From assembly GCA_050613775.1 (NCBI GenBank), contig JBODTK010000135.1, positions 372,001 through 436,000 of the forward strand: a stretch of DNA of 64,000 nt, given 5' to 3'. The position numbers and the translations under genes are program-made. This document shows, in pieces, positions 50,636 to 64,000 of the stretch. Position 1 is the stretch's first letter; each line of letters opens with the position of its first letter. This DNA comes from Neocallimastix sp. 'constans'. Taxonomy: Eukaryota. The notes below the pieces were generated by a model that saw nothing but the letters and a program-made list of their open reading frames with translations, ran no database searches and was not told the DNA's origin.

Positions 50636-51203
50636 AATTATTTAAATTAATATTTATCAATATGTACCTTAATACAAATAAAAGAAGTATAATTAAAGAA
50701 AATATTTTTTTCTTAGCTACTTTGTAGACTGAAAGAAGAAAAAAATATTTTATAAATAATTTTATATATGTAATATATTTCTAAGGAATTAAATTCAAAT
50801 ACAATATTAATATTTATTTATTTTATATAAATTATAATACTTATTATTTATTAAAAATTAAATTGGATATAAAAAAAATTTTTTTTTTTTAATATATTGT
50901 AGGTTACTTTAAAATGATATTTCAAAATTAATTAAAATTATTACTTTAAATACATTCATATAATTAAAAAATATTATAATTGTTGATATAGTAGCTTTTT
51001 TTTTTTTAACCTTTTTTATTTATTATTTTAATATTTTATATATAATTTGTTTCATAATTCATTTTAATCATATATTATTATAAATAAAAATTTATTATTA
51101 TTATTATTATTGCTATTATTATTAAAATATTTAAAATTTATTTTATTATTTTATTGGTATAAATAATAATATTAATTATCATAATATTATAATATTTATT
51201 ATT

Positions 51204-54200
51204 TTAAGATTTATATATGGCTTTATTTGGTGTGTTTGGGGAAGATCTTATAGGTGAATCAACTAAAATTTTGATAAAATAAAATAAAATAAAAATAAAT
51301 AAATAAATAAATAAATAAAATAAAATAATAATTATAATAAAAAAAATTATCAATATTTAAATATTTTATATATAAAAATTAATTTATTCTTATTATTTAA
51401 AATATATTTAACATATATATATTTATTTACTTGGACTATCAGTCTTCAGCTTATTAATATTATTTTTTTGGAAATTTGAAGGTTTAATTAAAGTTGGTGT
51501 TTCTATTGCATTATTTTCTTCTTCTTCTTTTTTAGAGTTTTCATTTATTTGATTATTGTCAATTCTTTTAGTGCTTTTTAATTTGATAACTGAAAAATCT
51601 AATTTATTATTACCTCTAATTTCTTTTTCTTCTTCATCATTAGTTGATTTAATTTCTTCATTTTCTGAATTAACAATATTTGCTCTTTTTTTAAAGAAAG
51701 GACTATTAACCAATTCAGAATTAGAATTTGAATCTTCACAAGGAGATTTTTTTTCAAAATTAGTTCCTTTTGATTTTAGCTTAACATTAAATATATTTTT
51801 ATTATTATCTTCTTTTTCTTGATCATGCTTCTTTTTAGCCATTTCCTGCATTTTTTCTTCAATATCTACATTGGATCTTATACTTGATCTTTTGCTTAAT
51901 TGACCATCTAATTCACTCAAGAAATTAGGATGCATCGACGATCTATTGCTATTGCAATTATACTTTTTACCTTCTTTTATTTCATTATTATTATCATCAT
52001 TATTATTATTACTTTGTAAAGAATTCGTTGAGTCTGACTTTTGTAATGCTTTAACTGAATTAGTTGGCATTTCTTTTATAGCCTCCTCTTTGATATTACT
52101 ACTATCTATCATAGCTGGTCCTTTACTTGGTAATTTTAATACATTGATTTGCTTTTGATCGATCTTTTTTGCTATTTTAACTTCTGATATCTTAATATTG
52201 GTCATATAACTTTCTTGATTAGATGGACATAATAAATTATCTTCACCATCTTCTTTTAAAGTAAATATTGTTTCTTTAGAATTTTTAGCAATACCAATAT
52301 GAGATGGAGGTCTTCTTTTTGATTTAGCAGAAACTCTTGGTGTTACTAATAAAACTTTATTATCCTCCTGTATACTCATTTTTTTCACAGGTGTGACGGG
52401 ATTTGTTGTATAAGATGATACAGAAACATTTCCAGAGGAAGGTGATTTGGGTGCTTTAAATCCACCTCCCAAATTTACAGATCTTTCTTTTCTAAATGGT
52501 GGAACTGGACCATTATTGAAGGAAGTATTCTTTGTTACCTTTATATTTTCCATTGGTGAATTAACGAATGATTCCTCTTTTTCAGAAACTAAATTACATA
52601 TTATATATAAAATGAAAATTAAATAATAAATCAATAATAATATAATATAATATTATTATTATTTATTATCATTATTAAAAAAAAAGATAAAAATATTATT
52701 AAGATATTACAAAAAAAAAAAAAGGTATAATTTTATAAATAATAATTAAATTTAAAATTTTGATTTAACAATTATATATATATATATATATTATATTATA
52801 TAATAGAAAAATATATTTACCTGATCCGAGAGAACTCATATCATTAATACTGGCAATACTTTTAGATTCAACTATTATTAATATTTTAAAAATATATTAA
52901 AAATATAAAATAATAAAAATAAATATCAAAAATAATTGAATTATATAATAAATTATAAAATAAATTTTATTCTTTTTTTTTTTAATTTTATAAAACAAAT
53001 TGATTTTAAGATCTTAGTTTTAATAAAAATAATAATATTAATTCTATTAAAAAAAAGATAATATTCTATTTTATTCTATTTATATTTGTATATATAAATA
53101 TAAATTATAGATATCAAAGCTATTAACTTAATAATAATAATAATAATAAAATATTAGAATATACTTTATTATTACTATTATTATTTTTATTGCTAATATT
53201 ATAATATTACCTATACTACTATCACAATTTTCACCTCCAGGATATAATTTATCTGAAAATTTCTGTTTATTTATTAATTTTCTGGTCATGCGTTTTTTAA
53301 GATCAAATACATTACCAGAATTGTCATTAAATAGACTTTTATCATCATCGTCTAAATCAGTTTTTTCTTCACAATTTTCATTAATTTCTTTACTACTACT
53401 TTCTTTTAAACAGTTATTTTCTTTTAATGAAACAAATGAAGGTAACTTAGAAGATGACATATCCTTAAAATTAGTATAACTCGTTTCAGGGCTATTAACC
53501 ATTTTACTTGGTTCATCCCCAGTGCGCTGTGTAAATGCTGTTTCTGCATTTTCCATTAATTTTTGTTTAGTAGGTGGTCTTCTCTTTGGCGGTGCTGCTA
53601 CTTTTTTCATTACTAATAAGCCATTATTAGAACTTGTACTTTGATCATTAATTGTTGACAAATTACTCTCATCTTTCTGAATTTGTCCTAATGAAAATGA
53701 AGTCTTAATTTCATTATTAGCTTCTTGTAAAGGATTGACATTATTATTTGGTTCAGTAGTGGTATTAAATTTCTTATGACTAAATAGTTTAATATTCTTT
53801 TTCACTTTGTCCATACATATGAATTCATCATGAGATCCTGAAGCGGATTCATGAGATTCATTATTACTGTAATTACTTCCAAATTTATTATTTTCTAATA
53901 AATTAATAATTGAATTAACATTAGAGCTTTTTTCACTGATTTCATTCATAGATTCATCCTTTTTCTTTTTACTACTGAATAAAGGCTGAGACTTGGATTT
54001 GAATTTATCATTATCTAATTCCTTTCCAAAAATATTTTTTGATCCTTTTGAACTATCATTACTAGTACTTAAATTATCAATACTACAAATTTTATCTTTT
54101 ACTGTATTCTTATGTAAAAATCTATATAAAAATCCATTAGTTCCTGTTTCTGATTCATCATTATCTTTATTTCCTTTTTCTTTCATTTTTTTCACCTCTT

Positions 54201-54545
54201 TTTCCTTTTTTTTCTCTTCCTTTTCTTTCTTTTTTTCCATTTCTTTTCTCTTCTTTTCTTCATCCTTTCTTTTTTTTTCTTCTTCTTTTTTTTTTTTTTC
54301 TTCTTCTTTTTTCTTTTTTTCTTCCTCTTTTGCTTCCTCCTTTAATTTCTTTTTTTCTTCTTTACTTTTCCCATCCTTATCCTTCGACTTTTCCTCTTTA
54401 TCTTCTTTTTCCTTTGATTTCAATAAAATTTTACTACTCGATTTTTTGATATTTACATCAACCTCAAATAATGAACCGTCTTCACTATCCTCATTGTCAT
54501 CTATGATATTTTTTAGTTTATCTATAATTTCATTATTTTAAATTG

Positions 54546-54584
<39 letters not shown>

Positions 54585-54966
54585 TTTTTTTGTATATATA
54601 TGTTTAATATTATTATAATAATTATTTTGATTATAATTATTGTTAGTTAATATAATAAAAGTAATATATATATACATATATATTTACAAAGAAAATTATC
54701 ATTAAATAAAGCATTTTATATAATAAAATACTATATATATATAATAAATTTTACCTTTACTTATTTGAGAAATATTTATTCCACTATTATGTAATTACAA
54801 TATTTATTTAACAAATATTAATATTATATATTTCATATATATATAGTTTATATATTGTTATTAATATTTAAATATTTTAAAATAATTCAATTGATATTAT
54901 ATATATATATTATTACTGTTGTTTTGGGGTTTTGTTTTCTAATATATTTGATAATTCATTATCCAT
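51204..54966 (-). CDS. 885-aa low-complexity charged protein with two CPI-like motifs (6 exons: 54966-54917, 54783-54755, 54521-53211, 52871-52821, 52588-51431, 51262-51204)
   Basis: All five GT-AG junctions are phase-compatible and sum to 2658 nt; K/E coiled coil; motifs KKVAAPPKRRPPT and PRVSAKSKRRPPS; function is inference. Confidence 0.8.
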
Positions 54967-54990
54967 TTATATTAACTACTAATTAAAAAT

Positions 54991-55022
<32 letters not shown>

Positions 55023-55752
55023 TAATAAAAAATATACAATTATTTCAAGATTCTATTATATTAAAAACTTTCTTGTTAAATTCAAAGAATCCAAATATTT
55101 TGTTATTAATAATTTTTATATAAATTTTTCATTTTTATTATATATATTATCTATTTTTATAATAAATCTGTAATTATTATAAAAATTAAAATACAAAATG
55201 AAATTGATAAAAAATAAATCTAAAATAGGAGATATGTATTTAAAACCTATATAAAATATAATTTTTATTAATATATATGTATTATTATTAATATTATTTT
55301 TTTATTATTATTAATATTATTATATTAATTATTAAATTTTGAAAAGATTTATTAATAAATAATGATTAAATATATTTAAATTTTGAAATAAATTTTAAAA
55401 AATAATAAAAAAAAAAAAATAATACAAAATTAAATCTTTTTTAATTATATAAAATTTTAATATTTAAATAAAATAAAATAAAATAAAATAAAAAAAAATA
55501 AGAAAATCATAAATGTAATTATATATAAATAAAAATTTAAAATAATATTAAAATTTAATTTGATTATTATTTAAAATTATATAATGAAAAAATTTATTGT
55601 TTTAAAATAAAGAAATAAGTTGCTATAAATAAGAATATCAATTTTAATTAATATTTAATTAAAACTTAACTTAGAGTACAATTATAAAAAAAATAGTAAT
55701 AAAGTTAAAATTTTATCCAAAAGAGTGATAAATGAATAATAATTTATTAAAA

Positions 55753-55785
<33 letters not shown>

Positions 55786-55920
55786 TTAAAAACATAGTAA
55801 TTATATACTTAAAAAAATAATTTTATTACTTTCAATTATGGTAGATTTTATTGATTTAGCAAAATCTATAATATATTATTTTATAATTTATCATGATTAA
55901 TTCATAATTCTTTTATTAAA

Positions 55921-55958
<38 letters not shown>

Positions 55959-56139
55959 TAAAGTAAAAAAAAAAAAGTAATTAATATTATTAGACAGAAA
56001 ATAGACTAAATTTAAGCAATAAAATTTAATTAAAACCTTGATTTTTTTTTTTAAAAAAAAAAAAAAAAAATTAAGATAAAAATAAAATTAAAATATTTAA
56101 ATACAAATCGAAGTTGTACTTAAATATAATGATAAAAAA

Positions 56140-59123
56140 ATGTCTTTTGGAACGGGGTTTCACGATATAAGGATTATTGAAAATTGCTTAAATGAAGGTA
56201 TTTCCATATATATACATATATATATGAATGAAATAATAAAAGCTAAAATATACTTACATAGTAATATTAATATAATGTAATATTATTAGGTGTTCAATTT
56301 CTTCATGAATATAAGTAATTTTACTCGAATTATAATATATTTCAATTTAATTAATAATTAACATTTTTAAATAAGAATGTTAAAAATATTAATGAATAAA
56401 AAAAATAAAAATAAAAAAAAAAAAAAAAATAAAAGTGAGAGAAATAATTATTAAAAAAAAATTATTTATATAATAATATATGAATGATCCATTAAATTAT
56501 TTAAAGGGAGTATTTAAAAGATATTTCTCAAATTGAAAAAGAATATGTTAAAAATAAAATTTCTATAATTAATAAATATAAATCAAGGCAGGAAAAACGA
56601 TATACTTTACCTGAATTAACGTAAATTTATAATTTATTAAAAAAATAAAAATAAAATAAATCGTTTAAAAAAAAAATTTCAATACAAATTGGAAATTTTA
56701 TTAATTTATATCAATAATAATAATAATAATAATAATAAAACATTAGAACATCACAACGAGCATGGATTATATTTTTGAATAATATGGAAAAAAAATGTGA
56801 TGAAAAAATAGAATTATTAGATAAATATAATTCATATGTAATTGAACCTTTAAAATTAATAATTAATAAGGAAGATGATAAAAAAAAAAAGGTTATTTCA
56901 AAAAAAGATTATTATGATATTATATTTAAATATAATATATATTAGATTTACTAATATATACATATGTTTATTAAAATTATTATAAAAATTTTTATCATAA
57001 AAAAAATGATCATTTTATTAAATAGCAAATATCATTTTATAAAGAATTAAATACATTTGTTGAAAGATATTGTCAAGAAAATGAAAAGGTACTAATAAAA
57101 GTAGTATATTACTTAAGTATGACTAAATTTACATAATATATGGATTTCATATATATAATACAATAAAATAAGATTTATTATTTATATTACTATATAAAAA
57201 CGAAGAATAAATTTAACAAAATAATAACAATTATAATATAATAAAATTCATTATTATAGAATAGAATTAAATATCATGAATCATGTGATGCAGTCATGAA
57301 TTATAAAAAAAAATGTGATAAAAAATTAGATAAATTAGAAAAATTATCAAATAATAAAAGTGGTGAAGTTAATGATTTTATAGATAAAACAAATTTAACT
57401 GGAAATACTATAAATGTAAATTGCAATCAATCACAAACATCAACACAATCAGCTCAACCTACAAGTGTATCATATGTAAATACTAATTGCAATTGTTATT
57501 TGTATGAAGACGGAATTAATTTAGAATACAGAGATAAGGATGTTGATGATAATGAAAGTGGTCCTAGTCATTTAAATGATAAAAAAAAGATGAAAAAGGT
57601 AAATTAAAAATAAAATAAACATAAAAATAATTTTTATTTCTATGTATGTGTGTGTGACGTTTATATATCAAATATGATTATAAAAATAATAGAAATAAAA
57701 AAAAATTATTTATAATAATTATAATAAACTAATTATATTATATATAATTAATTATGATTTAAATAAAAAAAATAACAATGAATTAATATTAAATTAGGGT
57801 AAAAAAATACTAAATCCATTAATAAAAATGAATAATAAAAAGGTATATTTAAATAATCATATAAAAAAATTTTTTAATTAAATAAAAATAACAAAATAAT
57901 TATAATAAAAGAATAAAAAAAAAATAACTAAATAAATAAATATATAAAAATAATATAATTTAAAAGAATTTCTATATAATGTCACTAAAAGTTGCCAATG
58001 CATTAAAAAGTAAATTTTATAATGAAGATACACCAAATATTTTTGATGTAATCATTTATATATAATAAAAAATAGTAAATAAAATTATATATATAATATA
58101 CATATATTAATATTAAAATATTAATTATATTTCATAATTCTATAATATTATATAAATAACAATAATAAATAATAAATTTTAAAAAAATATATATATATAA
58201 TTTGATTTTCATATTTATATTTTTATGTAATATAAATATAATTTTATTTAATGAATGAATCTAATTAATATTCAATTTTCAAAGGAATTACAATCGATCA
58301 ATGAAGAAATATATCAATACTTTAAAGAAATATGTACTAGACAAATAGAATATGAAAATGAATTATTCAATAATTATGATGAAAAAAATAATGAAATATT
58401 AAGATCATTAAGTTCAATTAGTGTTAATAAAGATTCAAAAATTTATCTTAGATGTTATTATAAAGAATGGACAAAGCCAGAAATAATACGATTTATACCA
58501 ACTACACATTGGGAAGATAAGGAAGAACTTGTGGTAGATAGTAAAACAAGTATTGTTTTAAAAAATATGATTCAAAAGGGACAAGAAAGAATGCATAAGA
58601 TTAATTTAGATATCAATTCAAAAACTAGTGAATATGAAAAATTTGAAATGATATGTGACAGTTATGATAACAACTCAAATTATTCTAAAGGAGAAATCGA
58701 TATTATAAAAAGTAAAAAGACAGATATTATGCATAATATTATTATGGCTACAAATATTAAGTTAATATGTGAAGTTCAAATTAATGAAATTTCTAAATAT
58801 CTTGGTAATGGTGGACCTAAACCTGAACGTCAGCATGTTTTTAAAGCTAAAAAAATTATAAATCCTACTATTTGTGATTATTGTAAAGAAAAATTATGGG
58901 GTAAAGCTTATATATGTAAATTATGTACATTCTCATGTCATATAAAATGTGAATTAAAGGTACCTTTAGAATGTAATGGAGTAAAAACGAAAAGAAAATC
59001 TTTACGAATTAATTGCAGTCAACTATCTAGTAATATATTAATAAAATTTAATTAATAATTTTAATTATTACTAGAAATAAAAAAATTTTTTTTTTCTTTG
59101 ATAATAGTAATTAATTTAAATTT

Positions 59124-59154
<31 letters not shown>

Positions 59155-59911
59155 TTTATTTATATTTCTTTTATCTTATTTTTTTTTATAATATATTAAT
59201 CAATTTGAAAAATCTCATAAACATTGAAATGTTAATATGTATGATCAAAAAGATGGAAATCATAATATATCTTCACCGTTTGTTAAAACATCAAAACCAT
59301 TTAATTGTAATGATAATTCAAAAATAAAAGAAGAAACTGAAGCAAATAAAAAAGTAGTTGATAATGAAAAGATCAAAACAGATAATGGTGAAAACTCAGA
59401 TAAATCATTACTTAACTATACAGAAAAAGGCGAGGTATCACAAAATACAATATATAAATGTACTGATATATCCGATAACAAAATATCTAATCCATTAAGT
59501 TTTAATATTAAAGATATTCTATGGTATATCGATAATAATGAATTTCCATCCATTACAGCAGATTCAATAGTAGATACGCCAATGATAAGTGAATTAATTA
59601 AAAGAAATAGTTTTACTGCTGATGAAATTGAAATGTTACAAATGAGACACAGAAAACAATCAGAAGATTATCCAAATGATTTGTATACTACTAATGGCTT
59701 CAATACTAAAGAATTAACTAAATCATTTACTATGAATAGTATTGATAATACTTTATTTAATAATTTAAGTTCTTCATCATCTCAATATTTTAATGCTCAT
59801 TCAGGTCATTCAGTAATAAATTCTTCTGGTAATTAAATACAAATTATAGACATGTTAAATTTTAAAATAACATTTTATATTATTAATATTTATATTAATA
59901 TTATTATTATA

Positions 59912-59965
<54 letters not shown>

Positions 59966-61149
59966 ATATTAATATTATTTTGAATTCTTATTTTTTTATC
60001 ATATGTTAAAATTAGGGGAGAGTTACGATGAATCATTAAATGGCAATGAAATAGAAAATAATAATAATGAAAATAATGAAATGGATGGAGGAAATGAAAT
60101 CATATCTATTATTGAGACTAATAGTATTACTAGCGGTGTATCTCACTCTATTAGTAGTTATGTAGCATCAGAAGATGAAAATGAAATAAATAATGGAATT
60201 TCTAATAACAATAATAAGACTAATATTTCATCAAATGATATTTCCAAAAATATACATCTGAAAAGCTATAGAAATCTTGAGAAATCTGAACTGAATCCAG
60301 ATATTCAACCAAATTCAATAAATAATAATACATTTACCCATCAAATGTCCAAATGTATATCACTTCCAATGTTGTATAGTGGTCTTGAAAGTGATGAAGA
60401 AGAAGAAGAAGATAAGAATGAAGAACATAAAGCAAAAATGGCTCTTGAAAGGAGAAATAGTTATCTTCGAGAAAAATTTTATTTGAAAAATAATATTAAT
60501 AAACCTCATGATGAAAACTTTATCAAAATGATTGCAATGTACGACTATCAGCACCAAAGTGATGATGAATTAGATTTATCATCTAATGAAGAGGTCACAC
60601 TTATAATACCCGGTATATTACTTATCATTTTTTTTTTTTTTTTACTTTTATTTTTATTTATGTTTTTGTTGTTTAGTTTTGGTTTTGGTTATGGTTTTGG
60701 TTTTATTTTGATTTATATCTAATAATTTATATAATATCAAATTATTATTAAATATAATAAATATGTAACTTTAATGTATATACTTTAATGTATATGTAAC
60801 TTTAATTATATAGATGATGGCTCAGGATGGGCAATGGTAAAGAAAAAATTTTTAAATCATTTGTCAAAAATAATTCTTTTCAATCATGTATATTAATTTT
60901 TTAATATAATCACTTTTTTTTAAAAAAAAAAAAAATTCAGGTATCATCATCAAAAGGATGTGGTCTTGTTCCAGCAAATTACTTAATGGAAATTTCGAAA
61001 GTCATTAATGATTATAAACCAAATGAAAATGAGTCAGATAAAATACAAGTCAAATCAGGCGATATTTTATTAATAGTCGAGAAAGATACTGGTTCTGGTT
61101 TTACAAGGGTAACTATAAATTTAAAATAAATTTTGATAAAAAATAATAA

Positions 61150-61195
<46 letters not shown>

Positions 61196-61336
61196 TTTAT
61201 AATTATTAATAATAAACAATGATTTCATTTATTAATAAGAATATTCTTTATAAATTATTTTTTTTTAAAAAAAAAGGTAAGGGTAAAAGATAAAGAAGGC
61301 TTAATTCCATCTAACTATATTGAACCTATATCATAA
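56140..61336 (+). CDS. BZZ1: BZZ1-like F-BAR, C1, double SH3 protein (14 exons, 1012 aa)
   Basis: Exons 56140-56197, 56290-56314, 56507-56620, 56747-56891, 57026-57088, 57260-57598, 57798-57842, 57967-58047, 58285-59029, 59253-59828, 60016-60612, 60814-60836, 60941-61108, 61277-61336 join in frame; MSFG/IEKEY FCH; HVF..CDYC..CKLC..CHIKC..C C1; AMYDY..DEL..DDGSGW..GLVPANY and GLIPSNY SH3s. Confidence 0.88.
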
Positions 61337-62280
61337 TTCAATAATTTTGTATCAAATTTATCCATATTTAAAAATAATAAATTTAATTAATCCAAGTCTA
61401 ATTATATCATACATTACTATTCAGAATAATATATATTACTTATATATATATAAAAAAAAAAACTTTTAACATTTAAAATTATTTATATACTAAATTAAAA
61501 AAAATATATATATATATATAACAATAATAAATAAAATTTATATTTAAATATATTTATATTTTAATATAAATTTTATTTATTATTATTATCATTATTGTTA
61601 TTATAATTGCTTTTATTTATCTTTTTTTAAATAATTATAATAATAAAATTAAGATAAAAATAAAATTAAAATTTGAAAAATATAATATTTATATATATTA
61701 TATATATTATATTTTAAAAGTGTACAATTATTGAAAATATATTAAATAATATGAAAGCATTATAATAAATTTACTATTTATTTTAATAAAAAATAACAAT
61801 TATGTAAAAAAATATAATGAATTTTAATAATTATAGTTTATAATAATTATTTAATTAAAATATATATAATATTTACAATAAGAATACTTGTAATTAAACT
61901 AAATAATCTTTTAACTCAATTATTTATTAATAATATTTATTATTTATTATTAATTATATTTTATGAAAATTCACTCCTACCTATTTAGTAAAGGTTTTAA
62001 AATAAAAATAACAAATGGCATTTATTTATTAATTATAAATCATTAGTAAATTAATTATCATTAACTATAATTTTACTATTTTACATACAATATATCTTAA
62101 TTATGTAAAATATTGAGTATTATAACTTTACAATTCCGAAATTGATTTTAATTTTTACTCTTCTAATTTTATTAATTATTTATTTCAAAACGGCATTGCT
62201 AATAATTATTCTTATTTTTCAATAACAAAATATTATCATATTTTTATGGCCTTACATATTATTTTTAAAAAAAAATTTAA

Positions 62281-62291
62281 TGAAAAATTTT
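62281..62291 (+). promoter_or_regulatory. Possible RRPE element upstream of a ribosome biogenesis gene
   Basis: TGAAAAATTTT ~450 bp upstream of the SSF1 ATG; easily arises by chance at this AT content. Confidence 0.25.
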
Positions 62292-62736
62292 ATAATATTC
62301 TTCATAATGAACCCATTTATAGATTTATATTAATTTAAATATAATATTTAAAGCTGGTAAAATAAAATTTATGGCAAATTTTTGTATTAATAATTATTAT
62401 TTATATAATTGAAAACCCAGTTTATAGTTTTTACTTATAGTCAAGCTAAATAAACCCACAATACTATTTTTTTATAATTCTAATATATTAAATTATATTA
62501 GATAATCACATATTTATATGTTAGCACATGGTTTATTATGAGATATTTTTGAAACTTTTAAAATTTTTAATTGGATTTATTTTTTAGAAAATTTAGCCAA
62601 TCATGTTAAATTATTATAAATAATAATAATTTTATAAATATTTTTTTTTTTTTTTAGATGTTTTTTTTTTTTATTATTATTTTTTATTGTTAATAAATCG
62701 TTTTTAATTCAAAAAAAAAAAAATATCATTAATAAA

Positions 62737-64000
62737 ATGGGTAGAAGAGTAATTTTTTTTTTTTTTATAATAAATTTTAATACTATAATATAACTGAAAT
62801 TTCAAGATTCAAATTCTTAAACTTTTTGGATTATCGTAGATATTATAATTGATTTAAAACTGTGAAAATAATATATTCGAATTTCAATTTCAATTTAACA
62901 CTTAAAAATTTTATATTAAATATTATTATTTATTGGATTTTTGACTAATAAATGTTTTTTGCATAGAATAATTTCAATATATAATAAATTATTTAATTAA
63001 ATTGAATGCATTTTAAACATATATAATAAATAATATATAAAGTTTATCTATTTGATTTTTAATAATTTACTAATTATCAAAATAATTATTAAAAATTGAC
63101 TTAAAAAATGTTCGTCAATTAACATTATGAAATATGAGATTCCTATAGAAGATTAAATATAATTAATAAAAAAAAAAAAAATAAATAAATAACAAAACAA
63201 CAATATTTGTAATAAATTAATTAAATTTTAAATTTTAATTTTTAATTTTAATAAATATTTAAAAATTATTTATCAATAATTTAGAGAAAGAGAAGAACTC
63301 ATGTTCCAGTTGATGACGAAAAAGTTCCAAGATCTTTTGTCATCCGTTCTGGAGTTGTTGGTAGAGCTGTAAGTTATTTAGTAAGAGATGTTCGTAAAGT
63401 TATGGAACCGAATACAGCAGTGAAATTAAGGGTATAGAAAATATATATATATGTGTTATCATTAAATAAAAGAATTTTAAATTAATGAAATTTTGTTAAA
63501 ATATATAAAATAAGTATTCTAAAATTTTCAGAATTTTTATTAACACATAAATTATATAATTTATATACTTTATATTTTATTCTTTATTTTATATATATAT
63601 ATATTTTTCCTATATTCCTAATATTTTATAAAAAAAATAAATTTCTTTTTATCATTTGTCAATTACACAGGAAAGAAAAACTAACAAATTAAAAGATTTT
63701 GTATCAGTTGCAGGACATTATGGTGTTACACACTTTTTAATTTTTTCACAAACAAAAGTTGGTACAAATTTAAGAATAGCACGTACACCACGTGGTCCAA
63801 CATTAACTTTCAGAATTAATCAATATTCTACTATTAAAGATGTTTTATCTTTACAAACTAATCCAAGATCTAAAGGAACAGAATATAAAAATCCACCACT
63901 TGTAATTCAATTTTCTATTTTTTTAAAATTATATTAAGAATATAATATATTAATACAAAATTTGAAATTATTAAAAGAAAAAAAAATTATATGTTATTAT
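62737..64000 (+). CDS. SSF1: SSF1/Peter Pan Brix-domain ribosome biogenesis protein, 5' part (exons 62737-62748, 63285-63431, 63671-63901; continues beyond window)
   Basis: MGRRRKRRTH..PRSFVI..LVRDVRKVMEPNTAVKLRERKTNKLKDFVSVAG.YGVTHFLIFSQT..LRIARTPRGPTLTF. Confidence 0.93.

Noticed and set aside
51556..54541. + strand ORFs 51556, 51946, 53288, 53993 (likewise 15205, 16996, 19424, 37235, 60360)
   Set aside because: Antisense or alternate-frame shadows of real coding regions

Overview
Extremely AT-rich eukaryotic DNA with many small GT-AG introns. Composition and gene content suggest an anaerobic gut fungus (Neocallimastigomycota); this is inference. The first ~37 kb has no intact host gene that I could find. 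It holds a tRNA-headed, heavily structured SINE-like element with a 15-bp TSD (7187-7630) and a decayed bacterial-type GNAT acetyltransferase (12296-12876). It also holds an intact young Ty1/copia retrotransposon (14342-20474), a second short TSD-flanked structured insertion (26082-26400) and long fold-back inverted repeats. The copia element is unusual in three ways: its PBS matches the anticodon arm of tRNA-Lys(CUU) (half-tRNA priming), its LTRs appear to end TG...AA, and gag/pol overlap at an in-frame CCG-AGG-C +1 frameshift candidate. The right half contains a PHO80/PCL-type cyclin, a third short structured insertion, a nucleoside hydrolase and a Ran/GSP1 pseudogene fragment. It ends with a putative capping-protein regulator head-to-head with BZZ1 (F-BAR/C1/2xSH3) and the start of SSF1/Peter Pan. 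All family assignments are from motif recognition by eye, not database searches.
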